A DNA stretch of 64,000 bases, taken from positions 15,100 to 79,099 of the IMG/VR virus record IMGVR_UViG_2974666105_000001; one strand, 5' to 3'. The stretch's first letter is position 1; each line of letters opens with the position of its first letter. The notes below the pieces were generated by a model, which worked only from the letters and a program-made list of their open reading frames with translations, did no database searches and was not told where the DNA came from. The translations under genes were made by a program, and so were the position numbers. The stretch comes from a virus (taxonomy: Duplodnaviria; Caudoviricetes). Positions 9,422 through 17,458 of this stretch are shown one piece after another.

Positions 9422-10702
9422 TTAATTACTCGCAGGCTTAGCTACAACGAATGCTGATGGATTAGTAACAGTACCGTCCATATATCCGTTAAGAACAACC
9501 AAGTGACCACCAGTCATAGCTTGCGTAGTATCTGAAACTACGTGAGTTAACTGTAAGCCTTGCTTAGTCATAATCGTATAACCAGCGTTAAAGTTACCAA
9601 GGATAATTTGACCATTCTTGTTACCGTTCAAGACGTCTGAAACGAACACTGGGATTCCTTGGAAGGAATAACCAGGGCGTACACCAACTGCACCGGCGAT
9701 AGCCGTTTGCATTTGTGGCTTAAAGATCAAATGTTCGTTGTCGTCATCTTTCAACTTAGAAACAGCATTGAAGGCATCACGAGACATAACAAAGATCGCT
9801 TGGTCTAAATATGCAGGGTTAATTGACATAGTAAAGTCAAGCATTTCATCCAAGGTTGGGGTTGCACCGGCTAAAGTAACGACCTTAACGTCATCAGCAC
9901 CGATAACTGGTTTGAACGTCTTGTTAGCGTCTTCGCCAGTCTTAGCACCAACTAATACCGCGCGTTCAATAGCTTTACCTAATGAACGACCCAAACGGCC
10001 AATAGCATAATCGACAACGTCCGGTGCACTATCGTTAATCATCATTTCTGATAATTGCAATGCGGCACCGACACGCTTTTGAGTCAAGGTAACGTACTTC
10101 AAAGTTGGGGTTTGTGCCTTAACAGCTTCGAGTTCACCAACGAAACCATCGTCAGAAGTATCGTTTTCACGAACGACTTCCAAGTTACCATTCATAGAAC
10201 CAACCTTGTTTGACAAAGCAAACACTGGTGAAGTTTCTTGTAACTTCTGGATAATTGTTTGTGAGACGCTCGTTGGAATTAAAACACCACCGTTTGATGA
10301 AGTACCATTAACGGCATTACCCCATGACAAACCATTGTCAGGAAGATCACGAGATTCTTGTGGCAAGTCTTTTTGTTCCTTGACAGCTTCCACGTACTTC
10401 TTGGCTGCTTCACTCCCACGTAACTTACCACGGATCATATCAGCAGTGGCACGCTTTTCGAGAGCTTTAAATTGCTTCTTTTCCATTTCCACACTCCGTT
10501 CATTGTTTGCTGGAACTGCGTTACGACGTTCTTCGTCCAGTTCAGCAATATCATCGTTAATTTTTGAAATATCGTCTTTAATTGAACGCATTTCCTTAAT
10601 TTGATCATCAGTGATCGTCTTATTATCAATGGCGTCTTTAAAACCGCCCAGTTTTTCCTTTAAAGCAGTCCGCTTTTCTAAAAGACCTTTCTTAGTCTTC
10701 AT
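9422..10702 (-). CDS. Major capsid protein, HK97 fold, with N-terminal coiled-coil delta domain
   Basis: GGAGG RBS before ATG 10702; GGVLIPTSVSQTIIQKL, LSEMMINDS, ILGNF motifs; in frame with upstream protease as sequenced. Confidence 0.92.
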   Translation of the reverse strand: MKTKKGLLEKRTALKEKLGGFKDAIDNKTITDDQIKEMRSIKDDISKINDDIAELDEERRNAVPANNERSVEMEKKQFKALEKRATADMIRGKLRGSEAAKKYVEAVKEQKDLPQESRDLPDNGLSWGNAVNGTSSNGGVLIPTSVSQTIIQKLQETSPVFALSNKVGSMNGNLEVVRENDTSDDGFVGELEAVKAQTPTLKYVTLTQKRVGAALQLSEMMINDSAPDVVDYAIGRLGRSLGKAIERAVLVGAKTGEDANKTFKPVIGADDVKVVTLAGATPTLDEMLDFTMSINPAYLDQAIFVMSRDAFNAVSKLKDDDNEHLIFKPQMQTAIAGAVGVRPGYSFQGIPVFVSDVLNGNKNGQIILGNFNAGYTIMTKQGLQLTHVVSDTTQAMTGGHLVVLNGYMDGTVTNPSAFVVAKPASN

Positions 10703-11725
10703 CTGCCATGCCTCCAATTTCTTCATAGAGCTTAGATGCTTCAAGACTCCGTTTTCTTGCTTCTTTTTTTCGTCGTCTTTCTTGCTTGGTTTCTTACCAG
10801 CCGGAACTTGAACTCCGTCTTTTGGCTTATCATCGTCCGTTTGAGTGTCTTCGGGTGCGTCGCCAGAATCGTCTGGTTCTGGAACGTCCGAGTCATCGTC
10901 ACGGGCGGATAATACTCCTTGAATACCAGTAAGAATGCTTTGCGTTAAAGTAGCTGCGAAGTCGTCAAGGTCGATAGTTTGCTTTGTGTCAGTAACTGCA
11001 TCCTTACCATCTGGTTGATCGTCACGCTTTGCTGGCTTTACCACAACTTCATTTGCTGGTAATTTACCGGCACGACGTTCGAGTTCTTCACAAAGATCTC
11101 TTGTTTCTACACTGTCAAGCTTCAAGTCATTACCCTCCTTTTTAATATTCACAATTTCTGAAACGCTCTTGATACCTCTTTTTTCAAGGTCTCGTAGCGT
11201 CTTTAATCCACGTGCTTCAATGCTAGAACTTAAATATGCTGGGAATCTAACAGCGGAAACTTCCTTTAGGAACAGTTCATTGACTGTTCTAAGAGGAACA
11301 CCATCATCAAAGTCTCCGCCATCCATGTCCCAACTGTCATCTAGGACGATAAACCCAAAACTCATACTAGTGATAACACCAGTCTTAATTAACTCATAGG
11401 TATCTCGTCCGTCATTTGTATCTAGGATTTGAGCTTCCATATAAAGCCCTTGGTCGTCTACTCTTAAGACGAGCGATCCATTTGCGGTAGTAGCCAGAAG
11501 CTTGTCCGAGTCATGTTCAGCATAAAAGTCGATTACGTCTCCATCTGAGATTGCAGACTCGAAAGCCGTTGGAGAGATCGTCTCTCGGAACGGGCTACCA
11601 TCAGCCGACATAACTTGACTGTAAGATCCAGCTCGGTTAACATAACCAGAAACTTTAAGATTATCATCATCAAAAGATAAATCTCTAGTTTCAAAGCTAA
11701 GAGTTCTTAATTCTGTCTTTTTAAT
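10692..11725 (-). CDS. HK97-family prohead protease with acidic scaffold-like tail
   Basis: AEHD, GL..EA, SFGF, EVSAVRFPAY motifs; probable ATT start at 11725; end depends on a -1 shift at 10763-10769, otherwise fused to capsid. Confidence 0.85.
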
Positions 11726-13157
11726 CTTGATTGCCTCCTAACGCATTGTTATCAGCCTTATGTTGATGGCTGTCTTGCTGATTTTTTGTATTTGGTGCTT
11801 TCTGGGCACCTTTTGCAGGCGATTTGCCGACTGTGGCACTATCAGAATCAATCGATGTGTTTGCACCAACATCAGCACCACCAGCAATCCCAAGGTTAGG
11901 AATCTTCATTTCACCAGTCTTAGGATAATACAGAACAGATCCAAGACTTAAATTAATGAAGTCGTCTCCAGCAATGTCTGCGAACCCAAATTTGTTTCTG
12001 AACTCATCATAAGAAATCAAGCCTTTGTCATAAAGTGCCCCATAAGAGGCGACTTTTTCTTTGAAGGTATTCTGCATGATTGTGTCAGTATCGAACTTAA
12101 AGAAAATTCCGTCTTCTTTTTCGCTCTCTAGCAATAATTCCTTATTGATAGCAGCTTCAAAGCTTGACAGAATCGGTTTTAAACAATACTGGAAGAATTG
12201 GAGGTTATTTTGCTCATTAGAGTTATACTTGTTCGCACTCGCATTGATTAGTGTTTCTGGAATATTAAACATGCGCGCGATTTCACCAAGCATTGCTTTT
12301 TTGCTGGAATCTAGTTGCATATTATCTGGATTCGTGCTAATCTGTTTATATTCAAGCCCGCCTTCTAAGAACAATGTCTTACCAGCGTTTTTGCTACCCG
12401 TGTAACTTTGGTTAAACTGCGATTTCAAGCGGTCTAACGTTTCTTGCGCCACGGTCCTTTGGCTAGAAACAGCTCCAACTGGAACGGCACCGTTGGCCAT
12501 TAAGTTCTTTTCATAATCTCGTTGTGCCAGCGCTAGTTGCAACGTGGGTGCATAATCCGACATGATACCAGTAGAAGTAATACCATCTGGAGTGTCTGAA
12601 ATGATGTTCATTAGGTCATCTTCATCATAGTTATAACTGCCAGACTGGGAATTATACGTATAGACGCCATAATACTTATATCCACCATACGTATAAACTT
12701 CGGTTGTCATGTCTTTAGACATTAAGGGATAAATACCGTTAATGTTGTTTTTGCTTCTATCTATATACGAGAACGATCTACCATACAGAAGCAAGTCCTT
12801 GACAACTGAGCGCTTATAATTAAAAGCGGACATTGACTCGTTGACTTGCGAATTAAGTAATGCTGTACGATAGTCATTCTTAACGGGTAACGGGACGCCT
12901 TCATCGCTATTCTTCATCATAAGAATATCAAGTGACGCAACAGTATCAGCAACAAGTGCTACTGCGGCACCAAACGACGGAATTGCCATGACAGAATCTT
13001 CTGTGATTGGCTCCGTATCTCCGTTTAAAAGCATTGGTCCAGATCCAGTTTGGGATCTTACAAAAGTGCCGCCTCGACTGTCTTGTCCCGGCTGTTGTTG
13101 CGTAAATGGTAAGCTGAAAATATTCTTTAGCGACCATTTATTATTACTCTTAGCGAT
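11721..13157 (-). CDS. HK97-family portal protein
   Basis: NAGKTLFLEGGLEY, IARMFNIP..L, EQNNLQFFQYCLKP motifs; first in-frame ATG at 13034, probable true start ATC at 13157. Confidence 0.92.
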   Translation of the reverse strand: MAKSNNKWSLKNIFSLPFTQQQPGQDSRGGTFVRSQTGSGPMLLNGDTEPITEDSVMAIPSFGAAVALVADTVASLDILMMKNSDEGVPLPVKNDYRTALLNSQVNESMSAFNYKRSVVKDLLLYGRSFSYIDRSKNNINGIYPLMSKDMTTEVYTYGGYKYYGVYTYNSQSGSYNYDEDDLMNIISDTPDGITSTGIMSDYAPTLQLALAQRDYEKNLMANGAVPVGAVSSQRTVAQETLDRLKSQFNQSYTGSKNAGKTLFLEGGLEYKQISTNPDNMQLDSSKKAMLGEIARMFNIPETLINASANKYNSNEQNNLQFFQYCLKPILSSFEAAINKELLLESEKEDGIFFKFDTDTIMQNTFKEKVASYGALYDKGLISYDEFRNKFGFADIAGDDFINLSLGSVLYYPKTGEMKIPNLGIAGGADVGANTSIDSDSATVGKSPAKGAQKAPNTKNQQDSHQHKADNNALGGNQD

Positions 13158-13175
13158 TTTTAGTTCACCCCTTTG

Positions 13176-14885
13176 TTAAAGCAAAGTGATATTGGCCTGT
13201 CCACCGATGATATTTGAAAATTCATCAATTTCCCATAGTGACATTGCGTCAACCACGGCTGCAACCATATCAATTTTGCCGTTTGATTTTTTCTTATTTA
13301 AGAAATAAGACAAGTTACTGTCTGTAACCATTCTTGCGTTCATAAAGTTCTCTTTGAGCATATCGTTCTTATCATATGCAAAATTTCCATCTTCAATAGA
13401 CTCACGAAGTAATTTTGTCCCTGGGTATAATCCCTTTGCGTTTTGCGGAACCTCAATGCCATCATATCCAGCAGCCAAAAACTTAGCTACCGTAGATCGT
13501 GCGTTCCACTTATCATACCCAAAGCCCTTAATATTAACCCCGTATTTTTCCTCTAACTTAAAGAAGAAGTCTTCAACAAAACCATAATCAATCGTTGTGT
13601 CTCCAGACGAATAACCCCAACCTTCGTTTTCGCTATGCTGGTAGTCCCATCCTTCGACCTTTGATTTCTCATTAATTCTTCCGGCTGGGAAGAACGACCA
13701 TGCTTTTGCTACATATTTAGCATGACTTTCATCAAATGTAACCATCGCAAGACCAAAATTATCACGAGATTCAGCGAAATCAAGACCCACGAACACATCT
13801 TTGCCATACCAATCGTAACCTTGAACTAATTCTGAATTATCAAGATCATTCTCTGTGACAAACTGTTCAGCCTGTGCACCGTCAACGAAGATATTCATGA
13901 ACTTCGTCAAAAAGTTTTGACGCTTATCAGCATAGGTAATAGCATCTTCACGATCTTTAAAAAGTCTTTTTTTAACTGATGGAAATTCTTGCGAAAGAGG
14001 ATTGACTTTTATTAGCTCTTTATCGCTAGTTGCCCACTTTTTTGGCTCATCTGGACGATATATTAAAGCAAAATAAGTCGGATCATATAACTCCCCATCA
14101 ACAATCTTGTCCTTGGCGCGCTCTATTTCAGCAGTCATAGGATTATGTAATGAATCATACGCAGTTGAAATAATAATACCAAGCGGATTTGAAACAAGGT
14201 TTTGTCCAGATTGCATGGCTTGTATAGGATAACCATTTGGTAAGGCCCCGACTTCGTCAGCTAAAAACGCTACTGGCTCGCGGGCATCAAGCCTGTTGTT
14301 CGAGTTAGCTAATGGCTTATAAGTATTCTTTGTCACTAAACAAGTGATTTCCTTATTGGTTACTTTGAAGAATCTCTCCAGTTCTGGAGAACCATCAATC
14401 AAAGAGTCAACCTGTGTCTTCAATTGAGACGACAAGTCTAAGTCTGGAGCGACTGAATAAAATTTTGAGTATCTAGGCTCCAAAATTAACAATAAGATAA
14501 AAATTATAGAACTTATGAAAGTTTTTCCATTCTTGCGTGGGATAAGCATAGTAGCTGTGTTATATCTACGCAAACTATGGTCATCTTTATGTCTCCAGCA
14601 GAAAATATTAACAAAAAAGAACCACTGAAACCCAGCGAGGGCATCATAAGCACTTTCTCCTCGTCTAGGTCCAGTTGCCATAGTGATTAATTTAAGTAGC
14701 TTAGACACCTTATCAAGCGCCCTTATATCAAAATAGTAGTCGCCTTTTCCGTTTAAACTATCATTAACTTCTCTAATGAAGCGATCGGTAACAATTTTTA
14801 CATCATTGTTGACGATAATATCGCCGTTTTTGATTCCAAGCGCATATTTGTAAGCTGGATGATTAAATATTTCTTTATCTTTCAA
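13176..14885 (-). CDS. terL: Terminase large subunit
   Basis: Walker A IPRKNGKT, Walker B LADEVG, nuclease VGLDFA, GYDKWNA, KIDMVAA; GAGGTG RBS before TTG 14885. Confidence 0.96.
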   Translation of the reverse strand: MKDKEIFNHPAYKYALGIKNGDIIVNNDVKIVTDRFIREVNDSLNGKGDYYFDIRALDKVSKLLKLITMATGPRRGESAYDALAGFQWFFFVNIFCWRHKDDHSLRRYNTATMLIPRKNGKTFISSIIFILLLILEPRYSKFYSVAPDLDLSSQLKTQVDSLIDGSPELERFFKVTNKEITCLVTKNTYKPLANSNNRLDAREPVAFLADEVGALPNGYPIQAMQSGQNLVSNPLGIIISTAYDSLHNPMTAEIERAKDKIVDGELYDPTYFALIYRPDEPKKWATSDKELIKVNPLSQEFPSVKKRLFKDREDAITYADKRQNFLTKFMNIFVDGAQAEQFVTENDLDNSELVQGYDWYGKDVFVGLDFAESRDNFGLAMVTFDESHAKYVAKAWSFFPAGRINEKSKVEGWDYQHSENEGWGYSSGDTTIDYGFVEDFFFKLEEKYGVNIKGFGYDKWNARSTVAKFLAAGYDGIEVPQNAKGLYPGTKLLRESIEDGNFAYDKNDMLKENFMNARMVTDSNLSYFLNKKKSNGKIDMVAAVVDAMSLWEIDEFSNIIGGQANITLL

Positions 14886-15012
14886 AATAATCACCTCAAT
14901 ATATGTAAAGCCCAACTGTGGCATGGGCCAGCCATTTTATTACAGTTGATGGTTATAAAAGAACATGGAAAGAAAACGCCCACCTGTTTTGCTTTATTGA
15001 GTTAAGCTACAA

Positions 15013-15084
15013 GCGAATAATCGGACTCGAACCGATGTTATCAGATTGGAAATCTAATGTGTTGCCCAACTACACTATATTCGC
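15013..15084 (-). tRNA. tRNA-Gly(TCC)
   Basis: Cloverleaf GCGAATA...TTAGA-TTTCCAA-TCTGA...GGTTCGAGTCC...TATTCGC; no encoded CCA. Confidence 0.9.
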
Positions 15085-15227
15085 ATAAAGTCCCCACTTG
15101 GGCCACATTGTTAAGAGGTGTGTGGGGTGCGATTGTGTATGGTCGGATAAGTAGACGTCACTTATCGGGACTAGTGGTCAGATACAAAGCCTCTGCCGGG
15201 CAATATGGCGACCTCAACCATATTTAT

Positions 15228-15423
15228 GTGATTACTAGGGAGTCGAACCCTAGACTTAATCTGATTCTAAGCACCAACTTCTGTGCTAGTGTCGAACTAG
15301 CTCGCCATCAGATTTCAGATATTGCATAACTCAATGGCCCCCTGTATTTCAGCGTGCACATAGCCTACTCTGTGAGAGCATATGAATTAAGCTTTAGCAT
15401 TTTTACCTTTCCGCCATAATCAC
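15228..15423 (-). ncRNA. tRNA-shaped RNA with an ~118-nt domain in place of the anticodon loop
   Basis: Acceptor GTGATTA/TAATCAC, class II-type D arm GCGGAAAGG..TGC, T arm TAGGG-TTCGACT-CCCTA; insert contains a second T-arm-like hairpin. Confidence 0.6.
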
Positions 15424-15455
15424 GTGTTAAAATGTAAGTTTTATTAGTAATACAA

Positions 15456-15605
15456 CCACCCAGGCGGGTATCGAACCCACGCACAACGAATGCCTTTGTT
15501 CAAGCACGCTGTTAATCTCTACTATTTTGACAAAAGCTGACTAAGGCTATGCAGCGACATACCTTTAACCACTCGGAAGATTGATGTGCTCTCCATGACT
15601 GGGTA
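15456..15605 (-). ncRNA. Second tRNA-shaped RNA with insertions (Ser/Leu-like parts)
   Basis: Acceptor TACCCAG/CTGGGTG, D-like CCGAGTGGTTAAAGG, T arm GTGGG-TTCGATA-CCCGC; ~61 nt between anticodon-stem strands ATGTC/GGCAT. Confidence 0.5.
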
Positions 15606-15642
15606 AAATTAAGCTGGTTTTGTAGAGTTCCATAAACTCTTA

Positions 15643-15714
15643 CTGCTCGGGCTGGGATCGAACTAGCGATCTCTTGATTAACAGTCAATTATTCTACCGC
15701 TGAACTACCGAGCA
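15643..15714 (-). tRNA. tRNA-Asn(GTT)
   Basis: Cloverleaf TGCTCGG...ATTGA-CTGTTAA-TCAAG...TTCGATC...CCGAGCA G. Confidence 0.9.
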
Positions 15715-15725
15715 ATGATTATGTA

Positions 15726-15897
15726 TGCCCGACACACTAGCACCCGTAGCGCCGTGTTATCAGGGCTTTATCTATCTCAACCGAGGTTAGACCAGATAGA
15801 TTTGGTTTTTCTACTCGCAAAAGAATGCTCACCTCCAAAGGCTACTCCATTATGGAACTTTTACTTTCGGGTGCGCGCTTCTCGGAACTTAAATTAC
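15726..15897 (-). ncRNA. Unidentified structured RNA bounded by TACATA sites
   Basis: GCACCCG/CGGGTGC, ATCTATCT/AGATAGAT and GCCC..ACAC/GTGT..GGGC pairings; no credible ORF on the minus strand. Confidence 0.5.
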
Positions 15898-15972
15898 TAT
15901 GTAACATAAGCGGGTTTTACTACCCCGCGTGTATTATATCTTAAATATGTACTGCTGACGTTGTGTCAGCTT

Positions 15973-16476
15973 TTAACTGTTGATAATTTTCTCTAACTCA
16001 CTGTTACCACTGCTTCGATCACCAATGGTCATGGCGCTCAATTGAGCACGGCTAGACGGAGACAGTCCGTATTGGACAGCCAATGTTCTAAAACGATCTA
16101 AAAACTTAATATGTGTGTTAATGGCTGGATTTTCAACCATTTTGACACCAAATTTTGTTCTTTGCTCAACCATTAATTCATCATTTTTCATTGCTTTGTT
16201 GGATTGTTCCATCATAGCCAAACATTCAGCTAGAGCACCCACACCCATTCTGTCTACATTTGATAGAATGTCAACATCGGCTAAAAGGTGGTAGATATAA
16301 TGATAATACTTTTCGGCAGTTTCCCATCCTTTAATAAAGTCAGGTGCCACGTTTACTTCATTATCTTTGCCTTTGAGCCGTTCTTCATCCGCGATACGTG
16401 CTCTTAATTCTGATTGAGACTGATTATGACCTTTGGTTAGAGCAGCGGGCTTTCTTGCATTAGGCAATTTATCCAC
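15973..16476 (-). CDS. terS: Terminase small subunit, P27 family
   Basis: ENPAI....FL......YGLSPSSRAQL motif. Confidence 0.9.
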   Translation of the reverse strand: MDKLPNARKPAALTKGHNQSQSELRARIADEERLKGKDNEVNVAPDFIKGWETAEKYYHYIYHLLADVDILSNVDRMGVGALAECLAMMEQSNKAMKNDELMVEQRTKFGVKMVENPAINTHIKFLDRFRTLAVQYGLSPSSRAQLSAMTIGDRSSGNSELEKIINS

Positions 16477-16480
16477 CTCT

Positions 16481-16933
16481 CTAAAACGTTAAATCTTTAT
16501 CTAAATCTATTTTTACTTTTGTTAAATCCCAGTCGAAATCAATTCCGCCAAGCCCCATAGCAAGGTTGCACTCTCGACATAACGTAACACAATTTGATTC
16601 GTCATACATCAATGTCGGGAACTTGACCCTTGGCTTAATATGGTGGACAGTTAGATCGGTGTAGACATGCTTATGAAGCTTAATTAAGCATCTCTGACAC
16701 TCACCACCGTCCCTAAGAATGATCTGTTTTCTAAAAATCCGCCAACGTTTGGACGTTAATTCCCTGTCTGTATCGCGTTGATTGATTCTATTCTCCTTGG
16801 CAGTTCTATTATTTTTTCTTTTTTTAATTGGACAATCATGTGTTGAAATGTCAACAATCATGCCACAATAAGGGCATATTTTGGAGTCCTTACCCGATTT
16901 CGTATTCTTCAAGATCATCACCATTAACTTCAA
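16481..16933 (-). CDS. Packaging-associated HNH endonuclease (HK97 gp74-like)
   Basis: RDGGECQRC...VHHIKP...SNCVTLCRECN; adjacent to terS. Confidence 0.85.
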   Translation of the reverse strand: MKLMVMILKNTKSGKDSKICPYCGMIVDISTHDCPIKKRKNNRTAKENRINQRDTDRELTSKRWRIFRKQIILRDGGECQRCLIKLHKHVYTDLTVHHIKPRVKFPTLMYDESNCVTLCRECNLAMGLGGIDFDWDLTKVKIDLDKDLTF

Positions 16934-17021
16934 TTAGAATACCGCAATAGGGACAAACAATATATGTGTCTTTCTTGCCTACTTCGACTGGAGTTGAACA
17001 TGACGGACATTCTTGTGCCAT
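16890..17021 (-). CDS. 43-aa zinc-ribbon protein (not in ORF track)
   Basis: MAQECPSCSTPVEVGKKDTYIVCPYCGILIEV...; GGGAG RBS. Confidence 0.65.
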   Translation of the reverse strand: MAQECPSCSTPVEVGKKDTYIVCPYCGILIEVNGDDLEEYEIG

Positions 17022-17182
17022 GCGTCTCACTCCCTTTTAATATGTATTACCAATGCAAAGACTGAAAGAAATCATTGGTATGCGCTTCCTTGGCGAATTT
17101 TTTGAACAATAATGTTCGTCTCTATAACTTTGACGAGTTATGTACGAGAAGATAAAATCTTCTCAGGAGGAATAATGAATGA

Positions 17183-17458
17183 TTACAGTGATTGAGCGAC
17201 TGTTCTGCGAGTTTCTAATTTCAATCCAGGCCAAACTGAGTCTGCGAATTTCAAATCACCAGCAGTAGGCGTATCTTTTACTGCATCTGACAAGTTGTTA
17301 TACTGAGAATAACCTGTACCATAAGCGATACCTGCTCCGTAGTCCCAATTCCTAACAACGGAACGAATAGCATCATATTTTGTGTCATCATCTAAATCGT
17401 AAGATGAAACAATTGTTTGAATTACTTTAATTTGTTGAGTTCTATCCTTTTCTTCCAT
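17183..17458 (-). CDS. Hypothetical protein
   Basis: AAGGAG RBS; 91 aa. Confidence 0.65.
   Translation of the reverse strand: MEEKDRTQQIKVIQTIVSSYDLDDDTKYDAIRSVVRNWDYGAGIAYGTGYSQYNNLSDAVKDTPTAGDLKFADSVWPGLKLETRRTVAQSL

Noticed and set aside
202-14885. Strand-specific depletion of the TACAT pentamer in late genes
   Set aside because: By eye the pentamer is scarce on both strands here, so general TA avoidance could explain it; needs a proper null model
15228-15423. tmRNA or group I intron interpretation of the long tRNA-like RNA
   Set aside because: Has a full D arm, no G3.U70 alanine identity, no tag ORF, and no P7/R/S intron core
15730-15880. Hammerhead- or pistol-like fragments (CTGATAA, CGAAA, AAGCCCT)
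   Set aside because: Core nucleotides are not adjacent to the required stems
168-17046. TACATA as a late-promoter -10 element
   Set aside because: Not excluded but disfavoured: at 8828 and 14902 a start site ~7 nt downstream would fall inside the RBS, and I saw no conserved upstream sequence, only variable hairpins
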